Shown piece by piece: positions 1 to 12,997 of a stretch of 64,000 nt of DNA (position 1 is its first letter; each line of letters begins with the position of its first letter). The stretch lies in contig JAUFOR010000008.1 of the NCBI GenBank assembly GCA_040285745.1, positions 744,001 through 808,000 on the forward strand, given 5' to 3'. The translations under genes were made by a program, and so were the position numbers. The stretch is from Barthelona sp. PCE. Taxonomy: Eukaryota. The notes below the pieces were generated by a model. That model did no database searches and was not told where the DNA came from. It saw nothing but the letters and a program-made list of their open reading frames with translations.

Positions 1-3000
1 TTTAAAATCCTCGATAGAAATTGCTGACGTTGCAGTACTATTATTGAACACGTACCAACTATACCGCAATTGCGGTTTAATTCTTGATTGCTGTGCACTA
101 TGAGAATTTTTAAATCTAGAAAACCCAAGTTCAATACCAGCATTACTTGCTACAGTGTTTTTGTACTTATGCACTAATTCCCGTATCTTTTCCACACCTT
201 TCACTGCTGGATTCGTGTGACCATAGGCAAGCGCTAGACGGATATCAGTTTCACGCACACCCTGATCGGAAAAATCATACTTATTCCTCTCAGTCCTCTG
301 AATACGTGTTGGTGTGCCGTCAACTGTTCTCGATTCTCTGGCTAGTCTTCTTCGTCTTGGGGATACTATAGCAATCATAAGAAATTGGGAATCATTTGAT
401 CTCTCTTCAACGGTTTGATGTACAATTCCCTTTTCCCGACTTTCGCAGGAAGCAGAGAAACATGCATCAAAATTGGAACAGAGAATGGAAATGATATGGG
501 CAACCAAGCCTTTGTAATATCCAAAATTCCTGAACTCATTACTTATCTCCCGTTCAAAATTAGTGTGTAAAACTGTAATACTAGCAAAAGGGAAATCGGG
601 CCCAGCCGCTTGGAACTTTGTTGGCAAAAATGAATAGATCATCAATCCTTTAAGACGTGCAAATTCAAAGCTTTTATCAGAAAGCTCAGTGTTATCAGGA
701 GCTATGATATACTTCAGCTTTGCTTTTAAAAACTCGTCATACAACTCTTCAGCAAAACTACTCCTATGTTCATTAGAAATGGTTTCAACCCACACATCTT
801 CTTCACTGCAGAGCAGATATGCTGCCAATGGTTCGGGCATTATGAGATACTTGCAAAAATAATGGCGCAAATACTCGAACAAACCAGAGAGGTACTTGTA
901 CAAAAATGTTTCTGTGTGCTCTCTTGCAGCATCACTTCGGTTCTTCAGGATATAGAACAGCAACTTTGCAACGTGATGATAAGCTTGCAAAACAGACGTT
1001 GATTCGGCGCTGCACAATTGTTGCACGAACACCATACAACGAAAAGCACGCAGATATACACGGCACATTTCCCACATCTCTTGCTCCAAAGAAAACCCTT
1101 GAGGCTCCTTGTATAAAGGGCTTAGAAAGTGACGATAGTGTGTATTGGAATCATAAGTGTTATCAGTTGAAGATAAAATGCGCTTGATTTTCAACATTGA
1201 TTCATCGTCATTCTCATACCTGCCGTAAAAAAAAGTTCTTTGTGAGTTCAAAATGTGAAATATTTAAAACTATTGAGGTAGAAATACTGTCTGTTGATGC
1301 ATCATCATGAATTTCAACATCAAGTGCTTGTTCCAACGCACCCAAGGGTATATCAACGTACAGAGATCCGCATAAGATATCGCAAATGGACTCTACTGAA
1401 CCCCATCGAACATGTTGAAGGACACTACTATCTCTAAAGTCACACAACAATAAGTGGTACTTTAACCCTAATTGCATGAGTTCAGCACTTAAAATGGTCT
1501 GAATACCAGCGAATGTCTTCAAGTACTGCTTTTGTTGCTGTATCTGCTTGGCATAATCGTATAACGGTGTTAATGTGAGATGGTAGGTAAAGTTGCTGTA
1601 GTTGGGCACTGTTTCTTGAAATGACGGCTGCTCCCTGTTCTGTGAAGATCTCCCCCTTGCCTCATAACCAACGATGTTATTGACAAACTTTTGAATATCT
1701 AAAAATTTGTAATTCTGATGCTGGTTCAAAAAATCGACACATGATGACTCAAAATACGATACATATGCAAACATGAAGAGCAGCGCTTCATCCTTAAAAT
1801 TCTCATTGGTATCATACACAATACTAGAGAATGTCTCATCATCTACTTCTTCAATCGAAGCATTATCTGGAACATCCTCAAACAACTCATGGGTCTTATT
1901 GAGTTGCACCACAGAGGATAGCCTAACCAGGGGGGAGCGTGCTATACAGCGATTGGTGAAAAACTGTTCGCCTTCAAGCTGCTTGTAAAGCCTCTTGACA
2001 ATACTATTAGGGATTGATCCGATGTCTGACAGTCTATCCTGCCACTGCTGATCTGAATGAGTATTCATGAAACCATAAAGGCTATCAAAAACTGCTTCAG
2101 CTACAGCTAAAGTATCAATTGCCTCAAAACCACATGTTTTGGCTAAAGCCTTGTTCATAACATGACAGGTACATGGCTGACGAGAAAAATAAAGACAGGC
2201 ATCCACCATCTTCTGACAGGCAAGCTGCTCAGGTAACCCATTGTCAGTTCCAAGAACAATCTTGAGCTTAGTATCTCCCATATCGATTATACAGTCGTGT
2301 AATCTCCAACAATTATTGTACTTTTTCTCGATGATTGTGAACGAATCAATAACACCATAGCGCTTGAAAGCTGAGAGTATATGATAGGAAACATCCTGTG
2401 CTCGCTTGCCATAATCCTTCCTCACATGCGTAAAGTAGCGCTGCCCTTCAGGCAACTGGTCACTGGGGGTGGTATGATCATCGATATTCGTGTATTCGCA
2501 ATCACCAATATCAAAAACGATAGTCTTACCACGTAAGCTATTCAAATGCTCAGACAAGGTACAAAATTTGTGATCAATATCGATCATGGGAAAGTCCTCA
2601 TCGAATATACTGCCCTCCATAAGCGAAATAGATAAATCTTTTGGAACGCTAAAGTTAATAAGGTACGCTTGGTACTTGTCACTGGATGCGCCATACTGAA
2701 AGCTACCGACGGTTGGTACTTCTTGCTGTTTCATTGAATGAATTAGCGTTTGCAAAATGAATGGATGTATCACCTTATCGTGATATTGAATGAATTTCTT
2801 GAATTCATTCTGTACGGAAAGGTTATATCGTCTTTCAATTTCTTTCAAGCTCAATTTTCTGACGTTGTATGCCCTAGAACCCATTGGTTCATACGTGGCT
2901 AAGTTTCTGGGAAGCATTACAGCAATTTTATGCACATTAAGAGGTGAAATACCTGATTTTTCAACATATAATGATTCAGTAATTGTTTTTAAATCTGTGC

Positions 3001-3592
3001 ATTCCAACCATGCCCCGTTCCTTATGAAATCGTCCGAATCAAACAGCTTTTTGTATTGTGAACTGCTGATGAAGGGTCGATTGGATGAATGGCTTTTGTA
3101 TGGCGATTTTTGTCGCTCAAGTTCTCCCTGTGAATAGTTATCCAACAAAACTCTGTTAATATATTCATCTGGAAGGAAGCTCCTTTTAATTATATGATTT
3201 CTTTCAGTACGTAAAGATCTTATAATCCTTGCCTGTTCCATTAAATTCAGCTGATGTAACCAAATTTTCCCTGTGAATATGTTTAAACCACACATCTGAC
3301 CCTGAGCTTTTGTCAAGCATCCATCACCAAGTTTGAAGCCAGATTCTCTGATTTCGTTGTTGTAGAGATCAACACAAACTTCATGGGCGAAAATGCAATA
3401 TTTCTCCGATTTAAAGTTTGCATTCGTTGCATAAATACCACCAGAGACAGTATACCGGTGAGATACCTGGGTGTGACCTCCATTTTTGGATGTAATCTCA
3501 ACATACAAATTGTTTTGATATTCTCGTGGCTGTTCTTCCACTGCAGTAATTGCTTCAAGTGGTAGATTGATTAATTCACTGCATCTGTTCAT
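1..3592 (-). pseudogene. Second, inverted copy of the 1217-aa IR-flanked orphan gene; +1 frameshift at A8 run 1227-1234; 3' end runs off the window
   Basis: Reverse complement matches ~25670-29270 almost exactly (position 1 = 29270). The run is 8 nt here versus T7 at 28038-28044, giving an early stop at 1214. First ATG is at 3592 (MNRCSE). The frameshift could be a homopolymer sequencing error. Confidence 0.75.
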
Positions 3593-3629
3593 CGTTGTTA
3601 TGTTTTCAAAAAGGCCCACCAGGAAAAGT

Positions 3630-3703
3630 GAATTATTTTGTTCTCCAATTGTTAAGCTTTATTTAAATTATGTCTGATTCACACCCAATATGGGCATGTG
3701 TTT
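3630..3703 (-). repeat. Diverged homolog of the element's inverted repeat, upstream of copy 1
   Basis: gaatt..gttctc..tgttaagctttattt.aaatt..gtctga..acaccca.tatg aligns with 29441-29515 and with the reverse complement of 25530-25604. It sits just upstream of the ORF start, as in copy 2. Confidence 0.75.
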
Positions 3704-3779
3704 CAACAGCCAATACTTCAACTTTTTAATGTGTATCTGGAACTTCAATTTTTACTTATTTTTTCTCCTGTTATCACAC

Positions 3780-4049
3780 ATGCCGACGGTCAAACGTGCA
3801 CACATTTCTGTGGATAAGTATAACGAGCTTGTTGCAGAAAATTCTATGCTTGAAAGCGAGATAGAACGGTTACATCTCAAGAACGCTGAATATCGAACTC
3901 GATTGGAAAAGGTTGAAGAACAGAAGGCTCATCTTGAAGCCAGAATAGCAGAATTAGAAGCACAAAATGTTCAAAATGTACCAGTTATGCAACAAAATGA
4001 CACCGCACCAGTATCTCCAAGGACAGATACAGAGTGTCAGACCCAATAA
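3780..4049 (+). CDS. Small coiled-coil protein, unknown function
   Basis: Likely start MPTVKR after a T-rich leader; heptad-like E/K/L-rich helix. Confidence 0.55.
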   Translation: MPTVKRAHISVDKYNELVAENSMLESEIERLHLKNAEYRTRLEKVEEQKAHLEARIAELEAQNVQNVPVMQQNDTAPVSPRTDTECQTQ

Positions 4050-4149
4050 GTCATAAAGATACAGTTTACTCTCCCTTACTTACTGCCCATTAACATGGAT
4101 GAAACTCGGGAAGGAAACTCAGTAAAATAGCTGTTTTATTTGATGTTAC

Positions 4150-7100
4150 TTATGTTGGTGGCGAGTATCCTACGTAATCGTCGATATTCTCGTCTGGAGA
4201 ATACCCATACGCAGGACTGCTGGTGTTGTATGTAGGAGACGCTGTTGGTGAGTATATGTTGGCATCCATTTGTGCGTAAGCGGGTGAAGTTGTGGGTGAA
4301 TAAGCTGGTGATGCGGCTGCGCTAAAGTTTCCATACGCTGGCGAAGATGTTGGTGAGAACATACTCTGCTCCATGTACGATGGGCTCGCTCCGCTATGGA
4401 ACTGTGATGCTGTTGTGGGGGAGTACATGGGTGACGCAGAGGCACCAGGTGTGATGCCAAACAATCCATCTGTTGGTGAGTAATCGACTTCAGTGAGTCC
4501 TCCAGCAGGTGAAGCCTCAGGTGAAGCTCCTGAAGGTGTAATGCCTGTGAAAGCAGTCTCCGATGTCTGGTATGTGTATTGTCCACTGAGGGAGTCTGAC
4601 CATTGCTCGTCGATATCAATCTCAGTGCCAATATCCATTCCGGCAGGTGAAGCCATCATATCCGGTGTAAAATCAAACGCAGCAGGTGTCATGTTGGCAT
4701 CGTCAACATACATATCCTCATCAGGAGACATGCTGAGAGAGAGTCCTTGCAGATTCTCAAACTGAGTTTGCTGCATTCCCATCTCTGTGACGGGAGTGCC
4801 CTGCATGTCAACACGCTCATCAATGATGAAATCTTTCGCCCTGTGGCGTGTGGATGAGACTGACGATGACATGACCTTGTCAACATCAACAAAGACGTCG
4901 AAGGAACCAGTGCCGAACTTACCAGGCAAACCGCAGATTAGACGCTGTGAGGGTCCCTGAAGTGTATCACGTTTGAAGTTCATAGCACCCCGTGCCAAAA
5001 TTGGGCCCATGAGCTCGACAGTAGCACGTTGAAGACAATCAGTGGGAAGCTTATTGACACCGTGACGATCCATTGATACAAAATCACCAATGTGTGTCAT
5101 ATAATCGCACAGGATCGAAAGGTGGCGCTGGTTAACGTACGATCCATCGAAAGAGATAACTGCCTTGATTTCATTGAGCAGCTGCTGACGCGCTGCTTCG
5201 ATACCAAGTGTATTCTTGATTTCATGAAGATCGTTAGAAACCGTGCGTGTTGCATCGACACCAGGAATCTTGAGGACATCAGGAAGATTGGAACCATCCG
5301 TCTCAAGCACCCAAATAGGTTCGGTGTTGAACTCACTTGTATCTGTGTTGTAAGTTGTCATAGAGCGCTGCTTACGGAAGATACGTTTAATACCCTGTAC
5401 ACCAGACAGTTGCACACGAGCAACATTCTTGATGAGTCCCTGTCCAATGAGAAGCAGCCGACTGTCCACCTCTTCGGTGACGCCCATCTGCTTCGTTGCA
5501 AGCGGCATACGCACTCGAACAATTGGGTTGCCAGATGTTGGGCCACTAAAGGCGACAAAAGCCCCAGCCAATACGTCTTCTGCCTGACAAATCTTTGCAA
5601 TCTCCTCTGCGATGTTGGGAACGAGGTCCTCCATCATCTTATCAATGAGGATTTGACGATTGAGCTCGAAACGGACAACAAACGGAGACATAGCAGCAGG
5701 GTCGTGCAGAGAAACAGCGAGAGAATCGCTAAGGAACTCCTGATCGCTCTTTACCAGAGAGCGTTCATCGGTTGGATCAATCAAAACACTTGCATTCAGC
5801 AACAGATCCTCAACCGTGACAACCGTCAGGTCAGAACGCATGCGGAATGAATACGCGGCCTCAATCTCCTCCGGAGTCTGATGCGCCATACCTAACACAA
5901 ACTGCGCGGGTGCCTTATCCAGATATACCGTAAGAGAAGGTGTCTTCGGTTCCTTCTTACAATCAAGCAGTTCAGATAGACGAGGGATACCTAGAGTAAC
6001 GTTCTTAGCTGAAATACCAGCGTGGTGGAACGTGTTCAGCGTCATCTGTGTTGCAGGTTCTGCAATTGATGTAGCGGCGACAACACCGACAGACTCACCA
6101 GGAGCGACAATACATCGAATGAAGATGTGCTTGATCTCGGTGAGCAGCCAGTCAAAGTCCTGGGATGCAATCTTGCACTTGAAGATGAGGTCCCTTGAAG
6201 ACAGGCGTGTAAAGATGAGTGTTTTTAGTAGGAAAAGCGGATCTGCCTTGGACATTGCGTACACACCCGTCTTACTTGCGGGAAGAAGTGCCTCAAGTGA
6301 ATCTACCAATTCACGTACATCCTCAATGATTTTCTTAGGGGAGAGATCGACAACGACATCGTTAATATGACTTCTCGAAATATCGTTAATGAGACGATCA
6401 AAATTGATAGGCATTGGGTACTTGTCGGGTAGGCTGACACGACCTGTACTAGGATCGGATTCGTATCCGAGTGGGTACAGAAGATGCTTGATACGTGCAC
6501 CATACATTTGAATGTTCTCCAGCTCGGCTTGAAGCAAGTCAAACATCTCAGCATCAGTCTGAATGAGGTTGATGAGCGATGGCGTGAGAATACCGACACC
6601 GTATGAAGGGTTAGTAATATCGTGTGTATAAAAACGAGCAATCTCGCCTGCAGTCATGTTAATAACGCGGAACTTCTGCGGAATTAAATAAGAAGCATCA
6701 AGACCATCCTCACCGTACAAGAATTGATATACCCAGTCCAGTGAATTGCGAACTGTACCATCGTAGCGAGCACTTAGATCCTCAAGAGATTTGACAAGTT
6801 TACGCTCAATGTAACCAGACTCTGAAGTCTTAACCGCTGTATCTGACAGACCCTCACGACCACCAGAAGCGTGGAAGAAGAACTCTGTGGGAGAAAGACC
6901 CTTGAGGTAGGAGTTGACGACGAAACCCTTGGAGAGCGCCTGCCGATCGTTGGAGAGGAACAGAGGCAATGATCGATTCGCAGTGTATGAGAACGCAATA
7001 CGTTTACCTTCGACATTCTGTTGACCAACCGTGGCAATAATCTGCGCGATGTTAAAGAGCGAACCCTTGGAACCTGCGGTGACCATATTCTTAATGGAGT

Positions 7101-9303
7101 TGTGCGTCGACAGACGAGAGTATACCTGCTTACCGACGTTAGAAACGGCCTCATTGAGCACCCTGTTAACGTTACGTTCGAAAGCCTGCTCCATTGTTTC
7201 ACCTGGCTGCGTATCGATACCTGCAGCTGATGTAGCCTTATCAACAAACTTAGACACCTCCTGTTTGGCGTTCTGAATGGTATGCCCAATTGTGTTGAGG
7301 ATGTTGCTTGATGCAATCGTATCCTTGATACCAATCGAAAACCCGCGGGTTAGCATGTACTGGTTGAGAACCCGCTGAACTAGATTCAGGAAGAGACGTG
7401 CCTTATTGGAGGACTGGGCGCTGTCCTCGGACTTGGACTCAAGCCAAAGACGGTGCACTAGAGATCCTGTTGACTTTCCCATTGATTTCTTATCCAAGAT
7501 ACCTGCGATGTGTTGACCGTTACGGATCAGTACCTCTGTGTCGAGTGGGTTATAATTGAAATCGTCACCAACACCGCGTTGATGCTCATTTGCAATGGAA
7601 GTGAAGAGAAGACGAGACTCCTTTGCTCCAATTGAGGCTTCCAAAACTATAGAGATGACCTGTTTGCCGCTCCATAGAGGCTTGGGGTGCATAATGCACG
7701 GTGGGGGCACACGATCGGACCAACCATCAACCCAACCGAGTAGCTGGAAGAAGTCCTTCTTCTCCAAGAAGGTGTCACGCAGTGTCAGAAGACGGGAAGC
7801 CAAAAGAGCATCTTGTACCAGACCCATAACAGGTCTGTTTGATTGTGGAGATACAATCTGCTGCTCCACCTTCATAATATGCTGCAACTCTGCCTTGGCG
7901 GGAAGCGACTGTGGGAGGTGAAGATTCATCTCATCTCCATCGAAATCCGCATTGTAAGGGGATGTAACCGCAAGGTTGAGTCTAAACGTACGGAAAGGAA
8001 GGATACGAACACGGTGTGACATCAAAGACATCTTGTGAAGCGTCGGCTGACGATTAAAAGCAATGATATCACCTGTGAGCAAATGTCTCTCAACAAGATC
8101 TCCCTCTTGAAGTTTAATACCACGGCCTCCACCAAGAATCGCACGGACTTCATTGTTACGCATGTAGTAGTTTGCGCCCGGATAATCACGTGGCCCACGG
8201 TCTACCATCTCCTGTAAAGCACGCATGTTGTAGTGTGTAGCGCGCTCTGGGAATGTGAGACGTGTGGCAATCTCTGCTGGGACACCGATCTCATCGATGT
8301 CAATGATCGGATCACCAGTGATGACTGTACGCGCACAGAAGTTGACACGTTTTCCAACCAAGTTGGAACGGATCTGACCTGCCTTACCCTTAATACGCTC
8401 AATGATAGATTTCGAAACCTTGTTATCTGTCTTGACAATTTGTTTGCTGTTATCAAAATAACTGAACACACGTGCGCTGATGACGCTCGGATCGGGGTCC
8501 GACTTCTCTGTCTCTGCAATGATCGCCATTAGGAGCTTAGTCAGATCATCCTCTGCTGTGATCGATCCGGCAAGAATCTTAGGCCTGATGTTGTTCGGTG
8601 GGACTGCAAGACGCTCAATAATGAATCCTTTGATCTGATTGCGCGAGTCATATCCAATGAGGTTGAGGTGGGGCATGTGCACTTCGCTGAATCGCTTCAG
8701 CGCTTGTGCCGCCGGCACTTCTTGCTGAACTTCAATGTTTTCAAAAACATACTTGACCTCGTTCCAGCGCACAACGCTGATATCCGCATTACAATGTGCA
8801 CAAACTGGAGTTTTTGAACCGCGAATGATTGAAGCAATTGCTTTCAGTCGTTCAACAGGAGCAGGGATTTCGTCCAATGATCGTTCAATGATGCCCTTCT
8901 GAATTAATGTTTCCATAGATACTGTAAGATGATGACACTGTCGGCAAAAGCTTAATAACGCATCACGACATGTATCCTTGTACAAAGGGTGAAACACCGG
9001 TGTTGGGAGGTTTAAATATCCAAAGTGACCGTGACAGGTCTCTGAATTACCATGACAAGACTTGCAATTCTCTGATAACAAAACTGCACCAAGATGAAGT
9101 GATGTCAAAGACACTTGTTCTTCATCTTCGCGGTTCCTCGATTTAATCTCACCAACGGAATATGCTTTCTAAATGTTAGATGCTTTGTGTCCCACGAAAA
9201 AAAATACTATTGATTCGCTATCCCATGTTGAGAATGTTAAACCCTTGATGTTGCGGTACTTTCTGTTAAATTTCGACCCAAAATGCAAAGAACTCACTGA
9301 CAT
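4150..9303 (-). CDS. RPB1: RNA polymerase II largest subunit (spliced at the 5' end)
   Basis: NADFDGDEMN catalytic motif, GKRVNFCARTVI, EPATQMTLNTFH and an SP-rich C-terminal tail. Removing intron 9169-9207 joins the frame to ATG 9303 (…RNIKGLTFSTWDSESI/KAYSVGEI…). Confidence 0.97.
9169..9207 (-). other. 39-nt spliceosomal intron in RPB1
   Basis: GTATTT…CTAACATTTAG; removal deletes an in-frame TAG and restores the RPB1 N-terminus. Confidence 0.85.
9259..9297 (-). other. Possible additional 39-nt in-frame intron after codon 2 of RPB1
   Basis: GTGAGT…TTTAACAGAAAG has the same length and branch-to-AG spacing as the other introns, but it has no stop, so it is not required for the frame. Confidence 0.45.
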
Positions 9304-9572
9304 GATGTGAAGAGAAGAGAAAATGAAGTACACCTTTTTCAGGGACGCCTACCAGAAAAACTGAACACAACTAAGGGGAGATAAGATTTCCACATTGTAC
9401 AAAACACTTTTCAGTGTCTAGCATGATTTTGTATTCATAAATATTGGATATTGTAAGTCTTTGTTTTTTAAGCTATATAGGTCCTCCTATTTGTATCGAT
9501 GCAGTAAATTATCTTCACGCAACAACATGAAATATTTATTTGAGAATGGGATGGGGATTGAGAAAATCAGAC

Positions 9573-10988
9573 TTAGAACTCAAAGCCTGGCATAGGGAAT
9601 GATGTGGCGAACTCCTGAACTTCCTCCTTGAGGTTAAGAAGCTCTGAATCAGTATCGGCAATACTGTCAACGTGATGCTTGAACTGACTAAGCTTCTTAC
9701 CGTCAACCTCCTTCATGAGGCGCTTAGTTAGCTTGACGCCGCGATCAAGGAATGCAGCAACCTTTGAGAACTCCTTCTCCTTGAAACCACGAGAAGTGAG
9801 GGCAGGAGCACCCAAACGAAGACCACCTGGAATAACGGCTGAGCGATCGCCTGGAACAGAATTCTTGTTGACAGTGATATCCACAACCTCAAGTACTTTC
9901 TCAACACGTGCACCATCAACCTTGTGGGGCTTCAGATCGCACAAAAGAAGATGGTTATCAGTGCCATTACTGACGAGTTTATACCCCTTCTTCTTGAGAT
10001 CTTTGGCCAGACGACGTGCATTCTTAACTACCTGAGTCTGGTAATCGACGTATTCTGGTTGCATAGCTTCGTGAAGACATGTAGCAACACCTGCAATAAC
10101 GTTGTTATGAGGACCGCCTTGAAGACCGGGGAAAACAGCACTGTTAACACGTGCTTCAAGATCCATCTCCTCGCCGTGGCACTTGACACCACCCTTCTTG
10201 AAGAAGATCATGCCAGAACGTGGGCCTCTCAGTGTCTTATGAGTGGTTGTTGTAACAATGTCACAGTGCTCAAACGGCGACTCGATCACATCAGCTGCCA
10301 CGAGACCAGAGATGTGGGCCATGTCAGCCATAAGAAGAGCACCAACTTTGTCACAAATATCACGCATGCGTTTGTAGTCAATCTCCCTGGGATAAGCACT
10401 GGCACCAGCCACAATTAGCTTAGGGCGGTAAATGAGGGCGTTGCGCTCAAGTTCATCATAGTCAATGAGTCCTGTCTTCTCAACGAGGTGGTAAGGAAGT
10501 GATTCCCAGAAAAGAGAAGTAGCACTGACCTTCTTTGTGGGTGAGTAAAAACCGTGGGTGAGATGTCCACCATGGGCAAGATGTAGACCCATCAGGCGAT
10601 CGTGGGGGTTGAGAACGGCTGTGTAAGCCGCAAGGTTTGCAGGAGAACCTGAGTAAGGCTGAACGTTAACACCCCAATCGCTATCATCAAGGCTAAATGC
10701 CTTCAGGGCACGCTTCTGACATAAGACTTCGATTTGATCGACAACCTGGTTACCACCATAGTATCTCTTGTTGGGATATCCCTCAGAATACTTATTAGTA
10801 AGACAGCTTCCCAAACAGTCAAGAACAGCCTTTGATGTAAAGTTTTCTGAGGCAATCAGCTCCAAACCGTGGGTCTGACGATGTTCCTCTTCCTTAAGCA
10901 TGTTATGAAGAACGGGGTCAGCTTGTTTAAGAGGTCTGTGACCTGAAAATGCACGAAGAACGCTAGGTAACTGCTTAAATGGTTGCAT
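9573..10988 (-). CDS. SHMT: Serine hydroxymethyltransferase with short presequence-like N-terminus
   Basis: [24 protein letters not shown] and [12 protein letters not shown] (PLP lysine) motifs; first ATG at 10988. Confidence 0.97.
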   Translation of the reverse strand: MQPFKQLPSVLRAFSGHRPLKQADPVLHNMLKEEEHRQTHGLELIASENFTSKAVLDCLGSCLTNKYSEGYPNKRYYGGNQVVDQIEVLCQKRALKAFSLDDSDWGVNVQPYSGSPANLAAYTAVLNPHDRLMGLHLAHGGHLTHGFYSPTKKVSATSLFWESLPYHLVEKTGLIDYDELERNALIYRPKLIVAGASAYPREIDYKRMRDICDKVGALLMADMAHISGLVAADVIESPFEHCDIVTTTTHKTLRGPRSGMIFFKKGGVKCHGEEMDLEARVNSAVFPGLQGGPHNNVIAGVATCLHEAMQPEYVDYQTQVVKNARRLAKDLKKKGYKLVSNGTDNHLLLCDLKPHKVDGARVEKVLEVVDITVNKNSVPGDRSAVIPGGLRLGAPALTSRGFKEKEFSKVAAFLDRGVKLTKRLMKEVDGKKLSQFKHHVDSIADTDSELLNLKEEVQEFATSFPMPGFEF

Positions 10989-11208
10989 GTGACTCAATTA
11001 AAAGTAAAAGAACGTTAAAAAACTTGAAAGAGGGAGTAAGAAAGTGATAAACACAAATTCTCATTCTTCATCAACCGCAGTGAAAAACGCAGGGTATTTA
11101 TTGTACTGGAGTCCTTATGGTGACATCATTTTCTTAGCTAATTTCATCATCAATGTTATTCGTTTCTTCAGGCTTTTCTATTAGTTTCTTAATATAATCG
11201 TGGTTTAA

Positions 11209-11808
11209 ATGATTGTACCGAAGAAGTTAGCTGTGAAGTTTAACCCTCCAACACTTCTGCTTGAGTTTTCCAACCAGAAGTCTCTAAAACACTATATTGT
11301 ACCTTTAGACGAATATCTTAGTCTTGGAACGACGGCTCGCACTATGGCTAGCGAGATTATCTCAAAACATTCTGTTTTTCAGGAAGTTCCACGAAGAAAA
11401 CTGGCAGAGCCACTAAATGATGTTCTTGATAGGTATACGGCAACTGTTGATCTAAACAAAGAGAGTACTGAGACCATTAAAGCGGTTAAGAAGCAAATGA
11501 ATGAGACATTTGAAAAGAACCGAATTAAGCCCACAGATGAAGGATTTGTATACGATCGTAAGGTAACCTTCCACCAGGACATCACAGTGACCAACGATTG
11601 GGATGAGGAAAGTGACGATAGCTTTGAAGAGATCGATTCCAAGGATGATATCAACATTTCCTTTTCAACAGATATTAAAGAGGAAGAAAGTGTGAATGAC
11701 CCATCTATAAGCGGTCTCATGGACAACCTCGACTTCACTGATAGCAGCGAAAGTGAAGACTCACTCGACGATCTCCTACAAGATATCGAGATGGACCTAA
11801 ACATGTAA
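11209..11808 (+). CDS. CEP19: CEP19-like centriolar/basal body protein with acidic tail
   Basis: PKKLAVKFNPPTLLL N-terminus and DLNK…KKQMNETFEKN…D.GFVYD…F motif, as in CEP19. Confidence 0.8.
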   Translation: MIVPKKLAVKFNPPTLLLEFSNQKSLKHYIVPLDEYLSLGTTARTMASEIISKHSVFQEVPRRKLAEPLNDVLDRYTATVDLNKESTETIKAVKKQMNETFEKNRIKPTDEGFVYDRKVTFHQDITVTNDWDEESDDSFEEIDSKDDINISFSTDIKEEESVNDPSISGLMDNLDFTDSSESEDSLDDLLQDIEMDLNM

Positions 11809-11860
11809 TACAATACAATTATAAACGATTTATTTGCATCAGCACATATTTATTTAATCA

Positions 11861-12934
11861 TTACAGTTCTTTAATTGATTCTGCAATAAAGTCTGCAACA
11901 TCAATGATATTCCCCTTCAAATCCTTATAGTCTGTTGCCAAGCACATCAGTCTCTTCGTGATAGCATCAGCATCATACGCGCAACCTGATAGAGCACCCT
12001 CAATAAGACCAGGCAGAGCGAGAGAGAGACAATCACTGTATACCTTCAGCTCCTTGATAACACCACCATTGGCAACAACATGCATCACAACCTCTCCCCA
12101 ATCAAAGCGAGTCTCGAGTTTGTGGGCAAAAGCTGGTGTTTTGCCGAAAATCCAGTTCCAATCACGCTGATTATGATACAGCGACATTAATTCAGGAATT
12201 TTCTCGAGAACCCCATTCTGCAGCATTTCAACCTCTGTTTCCTCACCATAAAAGCGCTGAAACTCGTCCTCGATGGCTTTTGTCAGTGTTTCGTGCGTAA
12301 CCTCAGGGTTCAATGAGTGCAAATTGACTACACGTGCCTTGACACTTTTGGTTGCCTTGGATTCAAGCTTCTTCTTCGACGGTGTCAGGTAGGAACTCAT
12401 GTGCTGCAGATCGACATCGATCAAAAGTGTTCCATGATGGAATGCCCTATCCCGAGCTTCCTTGAATGCCGCACCACTAAACTTTTTACCATCAATAAGT
12501 AAATCGTTTCGACCTGATGCTTCACCTTTGAGACCAAATCTGTCATTCAGTGCAGTTAATATGATTGAATTGTTATTCTCCTTGTTGTATTCCGATTTCT
12601 TGCTCAAAAATGTGAAATTAGTGTTTCCAAGATCGTGAAATACACAACCCCCGCCAGATGTGCGGCGTGCAAGGAAGATATCATCCTCCTGCAACTTATT
12701 AACGTGACATTCCCTCCAAGGGTTCTGATGTACACCAATAACAATAACTGGAGCATTTTGCCATAAATACAGTGTTTGTTCGGGTAACTTTGCATGATGC
12801 AGAAGATAATTCTCTGTAGCCAAGTTAAAATATGGATCATTCGTAGTAGAATGAAAAAGTTTCACTTTCTTATTCTTTTTCTTTCCAAAAAGTGATCTTA
12901 ATCCACCGCATTCCCTTGATTTAAACGATTTCAT
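11861..12934 (-). CDS. lplA: Lipoate-protein ligase A (LplA type, with C-terminal domain)
   Basis: DPYFNLATE, VIGVHQNPW.E, RRTSGGGCVFHDLGN, GRNDL, KFSGAA, HHGTLL and WNWIFGKTP motifs. Confidence 0.93.
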   Translation of the reverse strand: MKSFKSRECGGLRSLFGKKKNKKVKLFHSTTNDPYFNLATENYLLHHAKLPEQTLYLWQNAPVIVIGVHQNPWRECHVNKLQEDDIFLARRTSGGGCVFHDLGNTNFTFLSKKSEYNKENNNSIILTALNDRFGLKGEASGRNDLLIDGKKFSGAAFKEARDRAFHHGTLLIDVDLQHMSSYLTPSKKKLESKATKSVKARVVNLHSLNPEVTHETLTKAIEDEFQRFYGEETEVEMLQNGVLEKIPELMSLYHNQRDWNWIFGKTPAFAHKLETRFDWGEVVMHVVANGGVIKELKVYSDCLSLALPGLIEGALSGCAYDADAITKRLMCLATDYKDLKGNIIDVADFIAESIKEL

Positions 12935-12997
12935 CGTGAAATACAAAACAAAAAAATAATAAAAGAAGAAGAAATTATGTTTACCACTCTAATATCT

